DNA of 63,168 nt, filler included, from Bigelowiella natans CCMP2755 (GCA_000320545.1; 8 parts of 8 records of this genome joined end to end with filler, not necessarily neighbours in it); one strand, 5' to 3'; positions 1 through 14,572 are shown, counted from the first letter of the whole stretch. Notes: generated from the letters alone by a model not told the origin. Program-made: numbers and translations.

Positions 1-255
1 CCATCATCATTATCATCATCATCATCATCATCATCACAACTATGGGCAGCGTGCACACACCCCAAAAGAAGGAATAATCGCCCCGCACGAACACGCGGCA
101 TCCGCGCACGCGTATTGCTATTTTTTAGTAGTAAGTAATCTAGAGACGCTCCTTGCTCAGTCGGCAGTTTTCGCCCCTCCCTCCCCCCCCTCTTCTTGCA
201 CTAGATTCCTGATGCTGATGCTGATGCTGATGCTGCTGCTGCTTCACACAACCAG

Positions 256-599
256 ATCGCAACTCGTTTTTTTCACCGTTCGGCCATGGTTCGATTGCTT
301 TAGCAAGCTCTCGATGCAGCCCTACAAACGGCATCAACATCAACGGTGTGGGATCTCCCAATTCTGTGGCCTCAGCGCCCATAACCGCTTTGAACGTCCC
401 CACGGCGCGCCTCATGCCCATCACCGACCCCTGTGATCAGATTCTAAAACAGGTGTGAAGTTGGAGGCGGTTGGGGGGGGGGGGGGAGGAGGGGAAGCAA
501 GATCAAAATTTGCCAGCCTGCCTACTCGATTTCTTCGGTGCTCATCAGAGGAGTTTGGGTTGGCGGATGCCTGTATTTGAATGTGCGCGCGCGTGTGTG

Positions 600-641
<42 letters not shown>

Positions 642-801
642 GTGTGTGATGGAAAATCATCCTTGCTTCCTTCCATAGATCCACAAGCTTGTGTACATCG
701 AGCAACTGCCGCCTACGCTCCAGGTGAGCGAGGATATGTCGCGCGCGCACACATCCATTCACACAACACACAGACACACGCACATACACACGCGTGCGCG
801 C

Positions 802-841
<40 letters not shown>

Positions 842-1011
842 AATGCTATAAATCGGAGCTGTTTCCTCTCCCTCCCTCACAAGTCCTCTTCTGCTGCGAA
901 AATGAACTAAAACACAGCGAGATCCCGAGCGATCCTTCGTGACATGGTATAAGCGCAAGCTCTTCGCAGCAGAACATCCATCCCTTAAGCAAGAGGTCAT
1001 ATACATATAAA

Positions 1012-1048
<37 letters not shown>

Positions 1049-1050
1049 AA

Positions 1051-1124
<74 letters not shown>

Positions 1125-1427
1125 GTGTGTTTTGCGCTAATTCGTTCTAATCTTTCTCACTTTTATTTTTCCCCACCCCCCCCCCCCCCCTTCCCCCCTC
1201 GCCCTTTTCGGAATCGCCATCTTCTCACTAGCTTCTCCTATTCTTTGTTGCGACTGCCCTACTACACAGGCGAAGAGGATAATGTCAGGGTCTAATACTC
1301 TGGGTAGTTGCCCCCTGTTTTCCCCCTCCCCTCCCCTACTCCTTCCTTCCTTCCTCCTCTTGCTTGAGGCCCTTGCTAGACGACACATGCCTGCTGCAAA
1401 AATGTGCCCAGTTGCATCTTAATTCTC

Positions 1428-1471
<44 letters not shown>

Positions 1472-1997
1472 TTTATCCCAAAAAACCCTTTCCAGTGAAT
1501 TTGAATTTGTCATCGCGGCTGGGGAGTCCTTTGAACGGAGGCAACTCTGCAGTCGTGTCCTCCTCCTCGGCGACCAATGAGAGCAAGCTCCGAGTGACCT
1601 ACGAGCAGCTGCAAAACATGATAGAAAAGGTGCGCGCGGGATCCCTTTCCAAAAAACGAATGACCTCGGCTTCTAAATTCAGTGTTCTGTTGTCTCTTTT
1701 TTGACAAAAAAGGTTCTTGTTTCGAGCGGCTACTACAACACGGATGCTGCGGTGCAAGGAGGGGGGGGTGGCGGGGGGGGCTCGGGCTCGCCGGCGCTGC
1801 CGAGAATATCACCAGCGGCGAAACAACGCCTATCCCCCTCCGTGTTCAAATCGCTCGCAGTGGCAAAGAGAGAGAACGCAGCCGGGATGGTATCTGCTGC
1901 TCATGAAGCCACTAGTAACGTAGCAGTGGGTGCGGTCGGGAAAGGGGGACGCAAGACTGCTAAGTCCACCAGCCGGTCTTTATTGCAAGGTGAGTAG
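256..1997 (+). CDS. NEK10: NEK10-like serine/threonine kinase, 3' exons only (5' part lies before the window)
   Basis: GT-AG exons splice to ...LMPITDPCDQILKQ-IHKLVYIEQLPPTLQ-RDPERSFVTWYKRKLF...-...RVTYEQLQNMIEK-VLVSSGYY. This matches the NEK10 C-terminal signature as I recall it (DPIQQILIQLHKIIYITQLPP...ITYEQMQTVIEEVLEESGYY). The kinase domain is not in the window. Confidence 0.8.
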
Positions 1998-2096
1998 CGG
2001 CAGGGAGAAAGAACAAACGGCTTTTATTAACAACTACTGAACGATGTGTACTCATTATTTCATTTATTTGATAGTCCCGGGATGAAATATATACAT

Positions 2097-2130
<34 letters not shown>

Positions 2131-3001
2131 ATTGTTGATTATTTATTTAACCATTTTTATGTGTAAATGGCATCAAATGCAAAGAGCAAAAAGTCAAACT
2201 GCCATAAAATGCATGTTGCGTGACGAGCCAAAGTCGCCGCTCAGTAGTCGTGCACATGAGTTTTGCATTCATGTCGATGTAACGCTTACTTCATGCGTAT
2301 ACCTTTATGTGCACAATGCGAGCAGCAAACGAAGTGGGTTTCCATGCAGAATATCGCACGCAGCGCAACCCATGCAAACACACGTCCGCGCTACTGGTGA
2401 AAAAACTGCCAGCAATTCAGCTAATTTGACTGTAAAATAAATGCAACAAAGTATGAAATTGAAAAAAATTACACGTGCATGTCTGCACGCCAATGCATGG
2501 TGTGCACCACCCCACGGCACCAACAGCTAGCAGGCCCTGCGCCCACATCAACCACAACGTACATGGAGAGTGGCATGGAGTCATGCTAGCATGCATGCTA
2601 GCTAGCTAGCATGGCATTTTTTTTTTTTTTTTTTTTCCCGAGCTAGCGAGTATGCACTGCGGCACTGCATGCGGCGCGCTGCTGCCCGTCATTCTAACAT
2701 TGTCGCTGCTAACTTTGCTGCCGCAACGCATGTGAATGCAGAAAAGTGCTGCCATTACATTGAGCGCTTTATTTATGTTATCATGCTGTGCATGCGCGCG
2801 AGCTATGTATGCGACGACTAGCAATATAATGGCAGCACTTTTCTTCCCACGCGTTGTGACGATGCTAACTATTGTACTACTACACACAAGCTAAAAGACT
2901 ATCGTATGACCAAACGCGAGGAGTATGTGCCCAAGCAGAGCTAGAGAGGCTTTATCTAGACCGGCCACGCACATGTTATACACACACACGCTTACGCACT
3001 T

Positions 3002-3046
<45 letters not shown>

Positions 3047-3137
3047 CACACAAAACAGTGACGTTCATGGTATGGAACAATGGAGGGGGAGACTACTAAT
3101 TTATATTGGACGATTGCAACGATTGCGGACATTTTTT

Positions 3138-4106
3138 TTACACTGGCTGCTCCAGCTTTATGCCATGCTTTTGAGCCATCGCCACGAGTTGCTTAGGGTT
3201 CTTGGTGTGAATTTCCCGCAGCTGTTTGAATGCTGCAATGTTCGCGTATGGCATCTTGGTGATGGGGTCTCTGTAGCGTGCCTCCAATCCAGTAACGACG
3301 CATTTCAGGATCTTACCCGGAATTCGTTTTGGGGTGCACTTTTGGTAGACGGTGAAATCCCCGTTGGTGAAGGTAATTGTATCTGGCTGTCCTTTTTTCG
3401 ATCGAGTGATGACTCTTGGCCCTGTGTATTTGGGTTTCTGTTGCCTTTCAATTTTCTTCATCTGCTCCTCATACTCCAGCAGGCTCTTGAGGGAATGGGC
3501 GTTGGCCTGCTCGGTCTTCTTGGCCTCTTCCATTTGCTCCTCCTGAGTCAGTATCTTGTGCACTTTTCTCGACCCTTTTTTGCGTATCTTTTTTGAGTCC
3601 TCCTCCTGCCTCTTGTTGGCCTCCATGGTGCTTTCGATTGTGCTCGCTCTGGAGGATTTTCGTCTCTCCAGCGGAATGGAGGGGGTAGGTTGCTTCCTCT
3701 TCAGAGATGTTGGGGCTGTTCCTGCTGTAAGATTCTTTCCCAATGGCTCACGCCTTTTCCCGGGACGTTTGGCTGGATCCACATAGCCCGTTCGAACGAC
3801 ACGCTTCTCTTTTGCAACCTTAACTTCGCTCTCCGACTCCTCGCTTTCACTGTCATCAAAATCGGAATCTACCACGTCCTCCTCATCAGACTCTGTGGAA
3901 TAATCCATTTCGTTTTCTTCATCCAGGTCGAAAAGCTCCTTCCCTCGCCAGAACTCCTCATTGTCAATATTCTTCAGCTGCTCGCTCATTTTGGCCCCGC
4001 GGTTTTTCCTAGCTGGAAGCCTCCTTGGGGGAGGTGGTTGGGGTTGCTCCTCCTCTTCCTCTTCGTCCTCATCTTCATCATCATCACTGTGCTCGTGAAG
4101 TACCAT
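3138..4106 (-). CDS. VPS72: VPS72/YL1 (SWR1/SRCAP subunit, H2A.Z chaperone), single exon
   Basis: 322-aa ORF with RxNRG-x-KM, acidic DEED..DSDFDDSE, LTQEEQMEEAKKTE and the C-terminal YL1_C motif CVVTGLEARYRDPITKMPYANIAAFK. Confidence 0.93.
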   Translation of the reverse strand: MVLHEHSDDDEDEDEEEEEEQPQPPPPRRLPARKNRGAKMSEQLKNIDNEEFWRGKELFDLDEENEMDYSTESDEEDVVDSDFDDSESEESESEVKVAKEKRVVRTGYVDPAKRPGKRREPLGKNLTAGTAPTSLKRKQPTPSIPLERRKSSRASTIESTMEANKRQEEDSKKIRKKGSRKVHKILTQEEQMEEAKKTEQANAHSLKSLLEYEEQMKKIERQQKPKYTGPRVITRSKKGQPDTITFTNGDFTVYQKCTPKRIPGKILKCVVTGLEARYRDPITKMPYANIAAFKQLREIHTKNPKQLVAMAQKHGIKLEQPV

Positions 4107-4439
4107 GATAGAAGCGGCTCTTAAGGTTCACTGGCTGAGCAATGTAGGGGGGATGGAACAGGTCCGCGCCCAACGCCCTCACGGCTAAGATACACCACCT
4201 GCGCACTGATTTTTGAAATAGTAGGAAATATTCTCAAAATATTTTAAGCGACAACAAACATGATGCAAAATATAGAGAAAATGGATGGCATTCTTAGATC
4301 GAAATGATTCGAGAATGATGACCCACCTGCTTGAGGCCACCTTGTCAGCAGCGCAAGCAGCGCACTTTGTTGGAATGTCGAGTGAACACGAAGCTTGAAT
4401 CTGGAATCTTGACCCAAACCCTTCCATGTTTTCCTGAAT

Positions 4440-5340
4440 GATTGATCCTGCATTGTCAACAAGCCCTCGCTAGCACGGAACCACTTTTGTCACAGGCAAC
4501 TGCACTGAAACCCTCCCAGCCTTGCTTCCCGCGTGCTCGTGCGTGTGGCACTTTTGCAAAGGTGCGAAGTGTGATGTGCATCGTACAATGTTCAATGTTC
4601 AATTTTCAATGGGTTGTTCTGGGCGACAACTCGTCAGCAATCGGTCATTCTAGCATTGCTGTGCACTTGTTCGTTCACTGGGGGTTTTCCAATCGTCACT
4701 TGGGCCAGGTCGACGGTCAGTGCACCGCCACGCGCATGTTTTTCAGCTCAATTTTGCGCGTCTCCTCCCAATTGGGACAGTTCAGTGAAGGAATGATGCA
4801 CTTTGCGTGGCTTGAACGTTTGCAAACACAAAGTGAACACCAAAGTTGGACACCGGCCCGCGAGCTCTGCCAGCGAGGCACAAGTTGCACGTGTGCACGT
4901 CCTTGGCTTGAAACAACAAACAAACAAAAGTGATGAAGAACTTGAGGCTTGTCTCATCCTCAACAATGGTCTCAACCCGGCGTTTGCCTGCCATCCCAGT
5001 GCAACTCTTGACCACTCGTTCACTCACTTCCTTGGAAACCGTCGTGCGAAGTGTGGCGCCCGGCACCTGCCACGCGTCTGGACAGACGTCTGAATTTTTC
5101 ACAAATGGAATGTGGAACACGCACATGTGCATGCATGCACACGAACATGCTGGCATGACGCATGATCGAGACGGAGCCACATGCACAATGAACAAGTGAT
5201 TGAACCTTTTCGATGGCAATCCACCACCAATGTCATGAGCAAAGCAGCGGCTACAGCGCTCACTGTCACATCTAATCATCTCCTAGCAACGATGTGCTTC
5301 TTTCATTCAAAAGCATCTAGCACTTAGCACTTAGCCATGT
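4440..5340. other. TpA-depleted degenerate non-coding patch (possible mutated repeat or gene remnant)
   Basis: No TA dinucleotide between 4653 and 5251. Overlapping Tyr-free, Cys/His-rich ORFs on both strands. Confidence 0.75.
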
Positions 5341-5628
5341 CCTGGCGTCAATGTCGTGCAGTGCGCGCAGCGATCTGTGCTTCTTTTTCAGATGTAGTCA
5401 GTAGTTTCGTCTCGCCGTTTCGATTCGCTGCACAAATGCAAAATCTACATTCGCGCAAGAATCTTCAAGGGAGACAAAGGTGCATGCGAAGTAGCGCTCC
5501 AAACAAAAATCATTGCAAGGGCTTGTCAGCACCCTGTTGGTGACGAGTGTTACAACTAGCCAGTGTCTTGCAGTAGCTGACTGCTGAAACAATAGATGAC
5601 AACCAATTTGATTCAAAATCTAATTTCG

Positions 5629-7437
5629 TCACAGCCTGGCGAGCTTCCTTTCAATTTCTGCGACGTCATTCAAAAATAGTTTTCGTGTACCCCCCGTGGT
5701 AGCTGCTGCCCTTTCTTTTTTGTACTTCAGATCTTTCAGAAGTCTTTCCCTCTCTCGGTTGTTGCTACTTCCACCGCCCCTGCCCCCGCCGCCTCCAGAT
5801 GATCTTTTAGGAGCAGGTTTCAAGTAATAATACGAATAATATCTCTCCCAGTCCTTATTTCTCTTGGTGCGAAAATCTCTTACACTTCCTACAAGATCGT
5901 CCTCAAGGTTTTCTCGCATTATCGCCTGCTTGTCCTCATCGTTCTCACAGTTAATCAGCCAATTTCCAAGGCATACTTGTTGATCACGTTTGAATTCATC
6001 GATGTCGCCAAAACACTGATAAACAAGTGATACAGGAATGCTCAAGAGTACAGACAATAATACAAATGGAAATGCTAGGATTTTCACAATAAAATGCGGA
6101 GCATAAGCGATGTCGCTGTTGCCACAGTTAAGAGCAATCCTTGGTCGCCATTCATACTCCTCACCGAACACGGATTTCTCTCCAATTGACTTTGTTGTCT
6201 TGAATTCCATGCCAGCAAATATCTCGTCATGATCTTCTTGATCCCCTAGGCAGATGTACTTCCACATGTGGACCATTCTTTTAGCGACCATTGCCTCATC
6301 ATAGAACCTTTTTGCTCCACACTTTGAACATACTGTTGAATCTGAACTGTTGATATGATTGCAGACTTTAACGCTTTTAGGTCCTTGCCAGGATCTTTGA
6401 TCTGGAAAACACCTTTCGTTCTTGCATCTCCAAGCGCCGGGCAACATAACAGAATTAGCAACTTTTTTAATGGGCAGATATGATCTACACCGGGAGGGAA
6501 GCAGTTGGCGAGCCCAGAAGCTTAACCTTTCTTCTCGAGATCCCTTTTCCTCACCATCCTTCGTAGTAGTAAGAGGAATTTCAGTCAGTTTAGGCGTCTC
6601 AGTCTTCACCTGAATCTGGACGTCTGTATTTTTGTTGCTGTTAGGGGTGTTAATTGTCGGGTGGGATGGGCTCTTAGAAGCTTTTGAATCGCTTGTTCTA
6701 TGAGCAAAAGTTGCCGTTGATGTATTTGAGGATCGAGGCTTTCTCCTTTCTTCCTCCTTTTGCTCAGCAATACGACGTCGTTGTTCCTCTTGCTCCAAAG
6801 CTCGCATCTGAGCCTCCCGATTCTTTTCGTTTTCCTTTTCATCGGCAAGAATCTTTGATCTTAACTCATTCGAAGGAAATTGAAAAGCTGTACTCTCACA
6901 TATTACTTCGCCGGATTCTTTAACAAATCTTGCAACGAGTTGTATTTGAGAATCCCCAGAGTACAATTCGATTCTCTGTTTCCCCTCTGAAGATGTACAA
7001 TTAGTGTAGGTATACTTTTCGTAATCTTCTGGTCCTGATCCTGGCTTTGATAGACACACCCAATCCTGATCTGCACGAGTAAACCCATTGACTTTGTAGG
7101 CAACCTGTACTCCATTTTCATCCATATCAACAACTCGAATGTAGCCATCTCCAACCTTTTGGGGTTTTATCTCAAACTCGGCACTCGTATGCAAGAGCTT
7201 TGAATCTCCATCAAAGTACTTCAACACATAATTTCCTGGTTTGGTGTGCTCGATAGCAATAATACCATTCGTAACCTTCTCAGCGTTGTAAGCGTAGGTT
7301 ATGTAGTCAGCATCACCGCTTCCAACAGAAGCGATAGCCACGAAATCATAGTCCGATACCGTGTGGGTTCCACACTCGAACTTAACCTGAATGCCTTCGG
7401 AAGGGACGAGTTTCAAGTAGGTTAGGCTCTTAATCAT
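5629..7437 (-). CDS. Intronless hypothetical protein: two SKICH-like/Ig-like domains, coiled coil, RanBP2-like Cys motif, one hydrophobic segment
   Basis: ORF 5629..7533; first ATG is MIKSL at 7437. Repeated DFVAI..GS...DYITYAY / DWVCL..PGS..EDYEKYTYT units, an E/R/Q-rich helix, WRCKNERC...CNHIN...CSKCGAKR, and the TM-like ILAFPFVLLSVLLSIPVSLVY. Confidence 0.7.
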   Translation of the reverse strand: MIKSLTYLKLVPSEGIQVKFECGTHTVSDYDFVAIASVGSGDADYITYAYNAEKVTNGIIAIEHTKPGNYVLKYFDGDSKLLHTSAEFEIKPQKVGDGYIRVVDMDENGVQVAYKVNGFTRADQDWVCLSKPGSGPEDYEKYTYTNCTSSEGKQRIELYSGDSQIQLVARFVKESGEVICESTAFQFPSNELRSKILADEKENEKNREAQMRALEQEEQRRRIAEQKEEERRKPRSSNTSTATFAHRTSDSKASKSPSHPTINTPNSNKNTDVQIQVKTETPKLTEIPLTTTKDGEEKGSREERLSFWARQLLPSRCRSYLPIKKVANSVMLPGAWRCKNERCFPDQRSWQGPKSVKVCNHINSSDSTVCSKCGAKRFYDEAMVAKRMVHMWKYICLGDQEDHDEIFAGMEFKTTKSIGEKSVFGEEYEWRPRIALNCGNSDIAYAPHFIVKILAFPFVLLSVLLSIPVSLVYQCFGDIDEFKRDQQVCLGNWLINCENDEDKQAIMRENLEDDLVGSVRDFRTKRNKDWERYYSYYYLKPAPKRSSGGGGGRGGGSSNNRERERLLKDLKYKKERAAATTGGTRKLFLNDVAEIERKLARL

Positions 7438-7697
7438 TCTGAAGCCCGTCTTCTTGCGCCAGGATTGGAGTTGGTCTGTTGCGGAGTGAACACTGTAACG
7501 GCAAAATGCTGCAAAAAACGACTGCGACGGCAAATGCTTAATTTAGCCGAAAATGGATTTGAGTACTTTATGTGCGACAACCTCGATAGTCTGTCGCAGG
7601 GTAAAATTGGTCATCGTTGTCGGGGGAAATTGCCAGCGTCGCCGGAAGAAGACGCGACGAAAGCTAGCTTGACTCGCCCCCCCCCCTAACAAGAAAG

Positions 7698-10373
<2,676 letters not shown>

Positions 10374-11871
10374 GATTGGCGAGCACTAATACCTCCTGCT
10401 CGCTTGTATCATATGATGATGTTCTTCCTACCGCGCTGAAGCCTATCTTGGCATTGGATCACATTGCAAGCATTCATCGTGGCATCTGGAGTAGTACAAA
10501 GATATGGAGCTATAATACAGCAAGCGAGCAAGCGAGACTAAGTGTTGCCGCGATGAGTTTCATATTAGTTCAGCGACCTCCTTTGCCGCTGCATTATTCT
10601 CCCCCACCGACGAGTGCACAACATTGGTTTCATCTCACAAATGCGTGTAATTTACATGTGTTCCGTCAGCATGCTTTGACCATTCCGTCGGTGGACTCGT
10701 GACATCTTCCTCATGCACTTATGAGCATAATAGACACAGCAATATGGTACATATGTCATATTGCATGTCTATCATGAGCCATGCACAAGCGTTGTGTGTG
10801 TGTGTGTGTGGCAGCAGTTGTAGTGGTGCATGCATGTGTCACATTTTTTCTCACATGGCCATCATCACATGTGTGCTTCTTTCGTCTCCGATCCGCCCAC
10901 AAGGCTTGAATGGGAAAAACTGAAAACCATGACGTGGATGTGTCCTGTCAAACAAAGTGTCAAAAATGAATGAACAATTGTCGTAGATGTGTGGGATCTC
11001 AACAATTGCAATGTGACACGCAATCACAATGATCATGCACCAATGATTGTCATTCATTGCAGCTAGCTAGCTCAAGTCTCATGTGTTCACTTTGCACGAT
11101 CGATGAAGAATCTGAATTGCCGTCGCTGTCTGTGCAAGTCTGTAGTATCGCATCAGGACTGCTAGACTGGTGCACATACACCAGTAATTATTATGTCGCT
11201 AAACGCAGTGCAATAATTACTGGTGTATATGTACCAGTTCAGGTGCTTGGCAGCACATCCAGACATCGATCGCAGAGACAGCAGGGCAAACGAATGACTT
11301 CCCACACTTGCGACGTGTGCAGAGACAGCTAGACAGCACATTGTTTCATTGTGCAGCACAGTCACCAGCCATCGAAACTTATTTGCACGCTCAATGAACA
11401 ATCAACTAGATTTAGGACAGCTAGATGACAAACTGGGACTTGGGGTCGGGAGTGAGAGGTGCCGATGTGCCGATGTGCAAGCCGCTCGCTCGTCTTCTTC
11501 GTGACTGCTCGCTCGCGGGATGGATGAGCGCCATGCCCGTCGCCCGGTCTGAACCGATGAACTCCACTGATGCACTCTTGGAGCTTCCGTCACCGACGGC
11601 GCACCTCCGCCCTCCCCCGTTGCAGCTCGGGTGACTTTCGCCACGGGTTCCGAATTGAAAATCTTAGAAAGTGTGACAAATATAAATGTCGCAGAGTAAG
11701 AATGCACAGGATTTTACTCGTAAGATTGCACAGAAAATTAGTCTAGTAGGGAAATTGGGGATAAATAATTCATTGCCTGCGACAACAAATCTTCTCATGT
11801 CGTCACTCTTTCTTGCAGGCCAAAAGTTACGAAATCGAACGCTCAAGAACGGGGTGGCATAAGCCTCGAAG

Positions 11872-12986
11872 ATGGCTACCTCCAATGGCGTCAGGTAGTG
11901 TGCCCTTTCACCATCTACGTGCTCTATGAATATAATGGCAACTGTAAGGCAAGTATTGGTGTGCGAAAATACAGACAGGATGGTTTGAAAGGCTGGATAG
12001 AATCGTTCTGGCGAGTGATAACTAGCCTCATCCTTCCTGACCTCCGATTGTGTCGCACGTGTAGAAGCAATGATGATGATGGCGGAGCAGACAAGCGCCT
12101 CCCTGTTACTGTCCTCAGTGGGTTTCTGGGAAGTGGGAAAACCACCATGATGAAGTGGCTTCTCGAGAACAAAGAGGGGATGAAGTGAGTACCTGCCTTG
12201 TGGGAACAGTTTTCCTGTTTCTGTGCCGTGTACTAAACTTCGCCTTCATCGATGCAATTTTTGCTAGCACTCCTTAAACACTATTTCTTGGTCAAATACA
12301 AACAGAATTGCGGTGATTGTCAACGACATGGCCGAGCTCAATATCGATGCAAATCTCATCAACAATTCCATGAAGGTCCTTCACAGACAAAGCAACTTTC
12401 CAATCACTCTTCGAACGAAAGGGGTGGGGGGGTATTTTATGAATGATGTCCTTTCACATCATCCGTCTTCTAGAAATCTGGAGGAGATATGGTTCATTTC
12501 AAACCTACCGGAGGCACTGATATGGTTGAGCTACAGAATGGGTAGTAGTAGTAGTAGTTGTAGTACGTAGCCATACATCTAGAATACACAAAAAATCTCA
12601 TCATCGTAGAGAGCATAGAGCATTTATAAAATTTCCGTTTTCCGTCGTCGCGGGGCATTTATTTTTTCCGCCCCGGACTTTTTTAGCGTTTCTCTTTTGG
12701 TATCTAACACCATTTGTTCCATAACGTACTACCTCCCCCTTCCCCTCCCCTCACCCTCTCTTACTCCTCTCCCTTCGCCTTACAGATGTATATGCTGCAA
12801 CCTGCGGGAAGACCTGCTGATCGAGGTGCACAAGATGGCTTCACAGGGAAAATTCGACTACATGGTTATAGAGAGCTCCGGGATTTGCGAGCCAAGGCCG
12901 ATCGCCGAGACATTTTCCATGGACGTCAAGGACTCTCCCCCGCGCGCAATGCCCAGCAACAGAACGGAGTCGCGACTCAAGGTTTG

Positions 12987-13017
<31 letters not shown>

Positions 13018-13450
13018 CGATGATGATGGCGATGAGAAAAGTTTGAAAACGAAGAGAAAAGGGTTGGTTGCCAGGAAGAGATAGATTCATGTGAAAGGGC
13101 AGCACACACCTGCGTATATTTTTGCCTTCCTCAGCATGTCAATACGACCTTGCTTGCCGCCCACGCCCCTCCCCCCCACCCTCCCTCCCATTGATCCATT
13201 ATACACATAAAAAACGTAAGCACCCGCAAGGAATGTAATGTGACGTGTGCTCTCGTTGGCCTTGAGTTCCGAGTGGATGGGATATTGGCTCGAAAATAGA
13301 ATGCATCAATGAACCCTTATATTTGTTGCGAATCGTCGGTCGCTGTCGCCAGGTGCTAAACGCTACCGCGCGATTAGACACAATGGTATCCGTTGTTGAC
13401 TGTCAGCGTTTCTGGGAGAACATGAATAGCCTCGAGAACGTTGCCAACAG
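11872..13450 (+). CDS. COG0523/CobW-family (YciC/ZigA-like) metallochaperone GTPase, N-terminal half only
   Basis: Exons give RLPVTVLSGFLGSGKTT, IAVIVNDMAELNIDA, VELQNG-CICCNLREDL, FDYMVIESSGICEP and ARLDTMVSVVD. No C-terminal exons were found. Confidence 0.9.
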
Positions 13451-13744
13451 GTGGTAGTAGTGGTAGTAGTAGTAGTAGTAGTAGTAGTAGCAGTAGTAGT
13501 ATCTTCGGTGATGGATAGTAGGAGAAGTAGGAGAGGGGGGTGGGTGGGTGGTGGTTCTCTGTTCGTTAAACACGACGTTGAGCAAGGATGATCTCATGGT
13601 AGAATATGTGAATTCTAATGTGTCACTGCACCCGCTCTAACAGCAATGCAGATATTATGGCTGCGGTTGGTTGTTCAGAGAGGGGGAGATCCACGTGTAT
13701 TTTTTGCGCATTTACGTGCGGCGATATGTATATGTATAAATATA

Positions 13745-13786
<42 letters not shown>

Positions 13787-13879
13787 TTATCTGCCTGTCA
13801 TGATGAATATTATTCCCTTCCTCCCTACGCCTTCTCCTCCTCCTGCTGTGGATGGATGATGTATCTATCGTCCCCGCAG

Positions 13880-14317
13880 CTTTCCTTCGAAGTGGGGGAC
13901 AAGATGACGATGCTAGAGGACCTCTCGCAGGGGTGGTACAAGGCAAAGCTCAACGAGCAAACAGGGTGTGTGTGTTTGTGTGTATGTGTGTGGTAAAGTG
14001 CCAGAGCTATCTTTTCCCATAGCGACTTTTGATAGATGACTGACATGATTTGCCGCTCTCGCCCCTCCCCTCCCCTCCTCTCGCCTATCTCCTATCCCTC
14101 TCCTCCCTCCCTCCTCTGGCCTCTTGCAAAACAGCTATGTAGCGGCAGACTACGTGAAGAAACTTGCTGGTGAGGGAGGGGAGAGGAAGAAGAAGCAGCC
14201 AGTAGGTGGGTGGGGATGTCAATACCATTGTGTTCTCTCTCTCTCTCTCCCCCTCTCTAAAGGTTATAACCCGTATGGATGCTCTCGTTTGAACGCACAG
14301 GTGTTCGTGTTCCGTAG
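13880..14317 (+). CDS. C-terminal part of an SH3 domain (3' exons of a gene)
   Basis: LSFEVGDKMTMLEDLSQGWYKAKLNEQTG-YVAADYVKKLA-GVRVP*, with GT-AG boundaries. Confidence 0.75.
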
Positions 14318-14572
14318 AATCCGGGAGGTTTTGGACCAAAAAGCTCAGGTTATTGAGTCGAGGAAGGAGACCAACAACACTCACTAACAGGATCGTTATC
14401 GAGTCGAATACATGAAATATTAGCTGTATGAGAGTAAAGTTTTACAGATGTTAATTAATAGTAGGGAATCTGGTACACACAATACACCATGACATCATCT
14501 GCACGCACTCTGCTTGTGCACTCCTCGAGCTTGCAGAGTAGCTAATACAGAATGTATGTATCATGTATATGA

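Noticed and set aside
421-1295. Many small ORFs of HTHT, RERE, CVCV, YIYI type throughout the window
   Set aside because: They are translations of intronic dinucleotide and trinucleotide microsatellites.
4442-5279. Several overlapping 60-165 aa ORFs on both strands
   Set aside because: They are open only because TAA/TAG codons are absent in the TpA-free patch; no recognisable protein.
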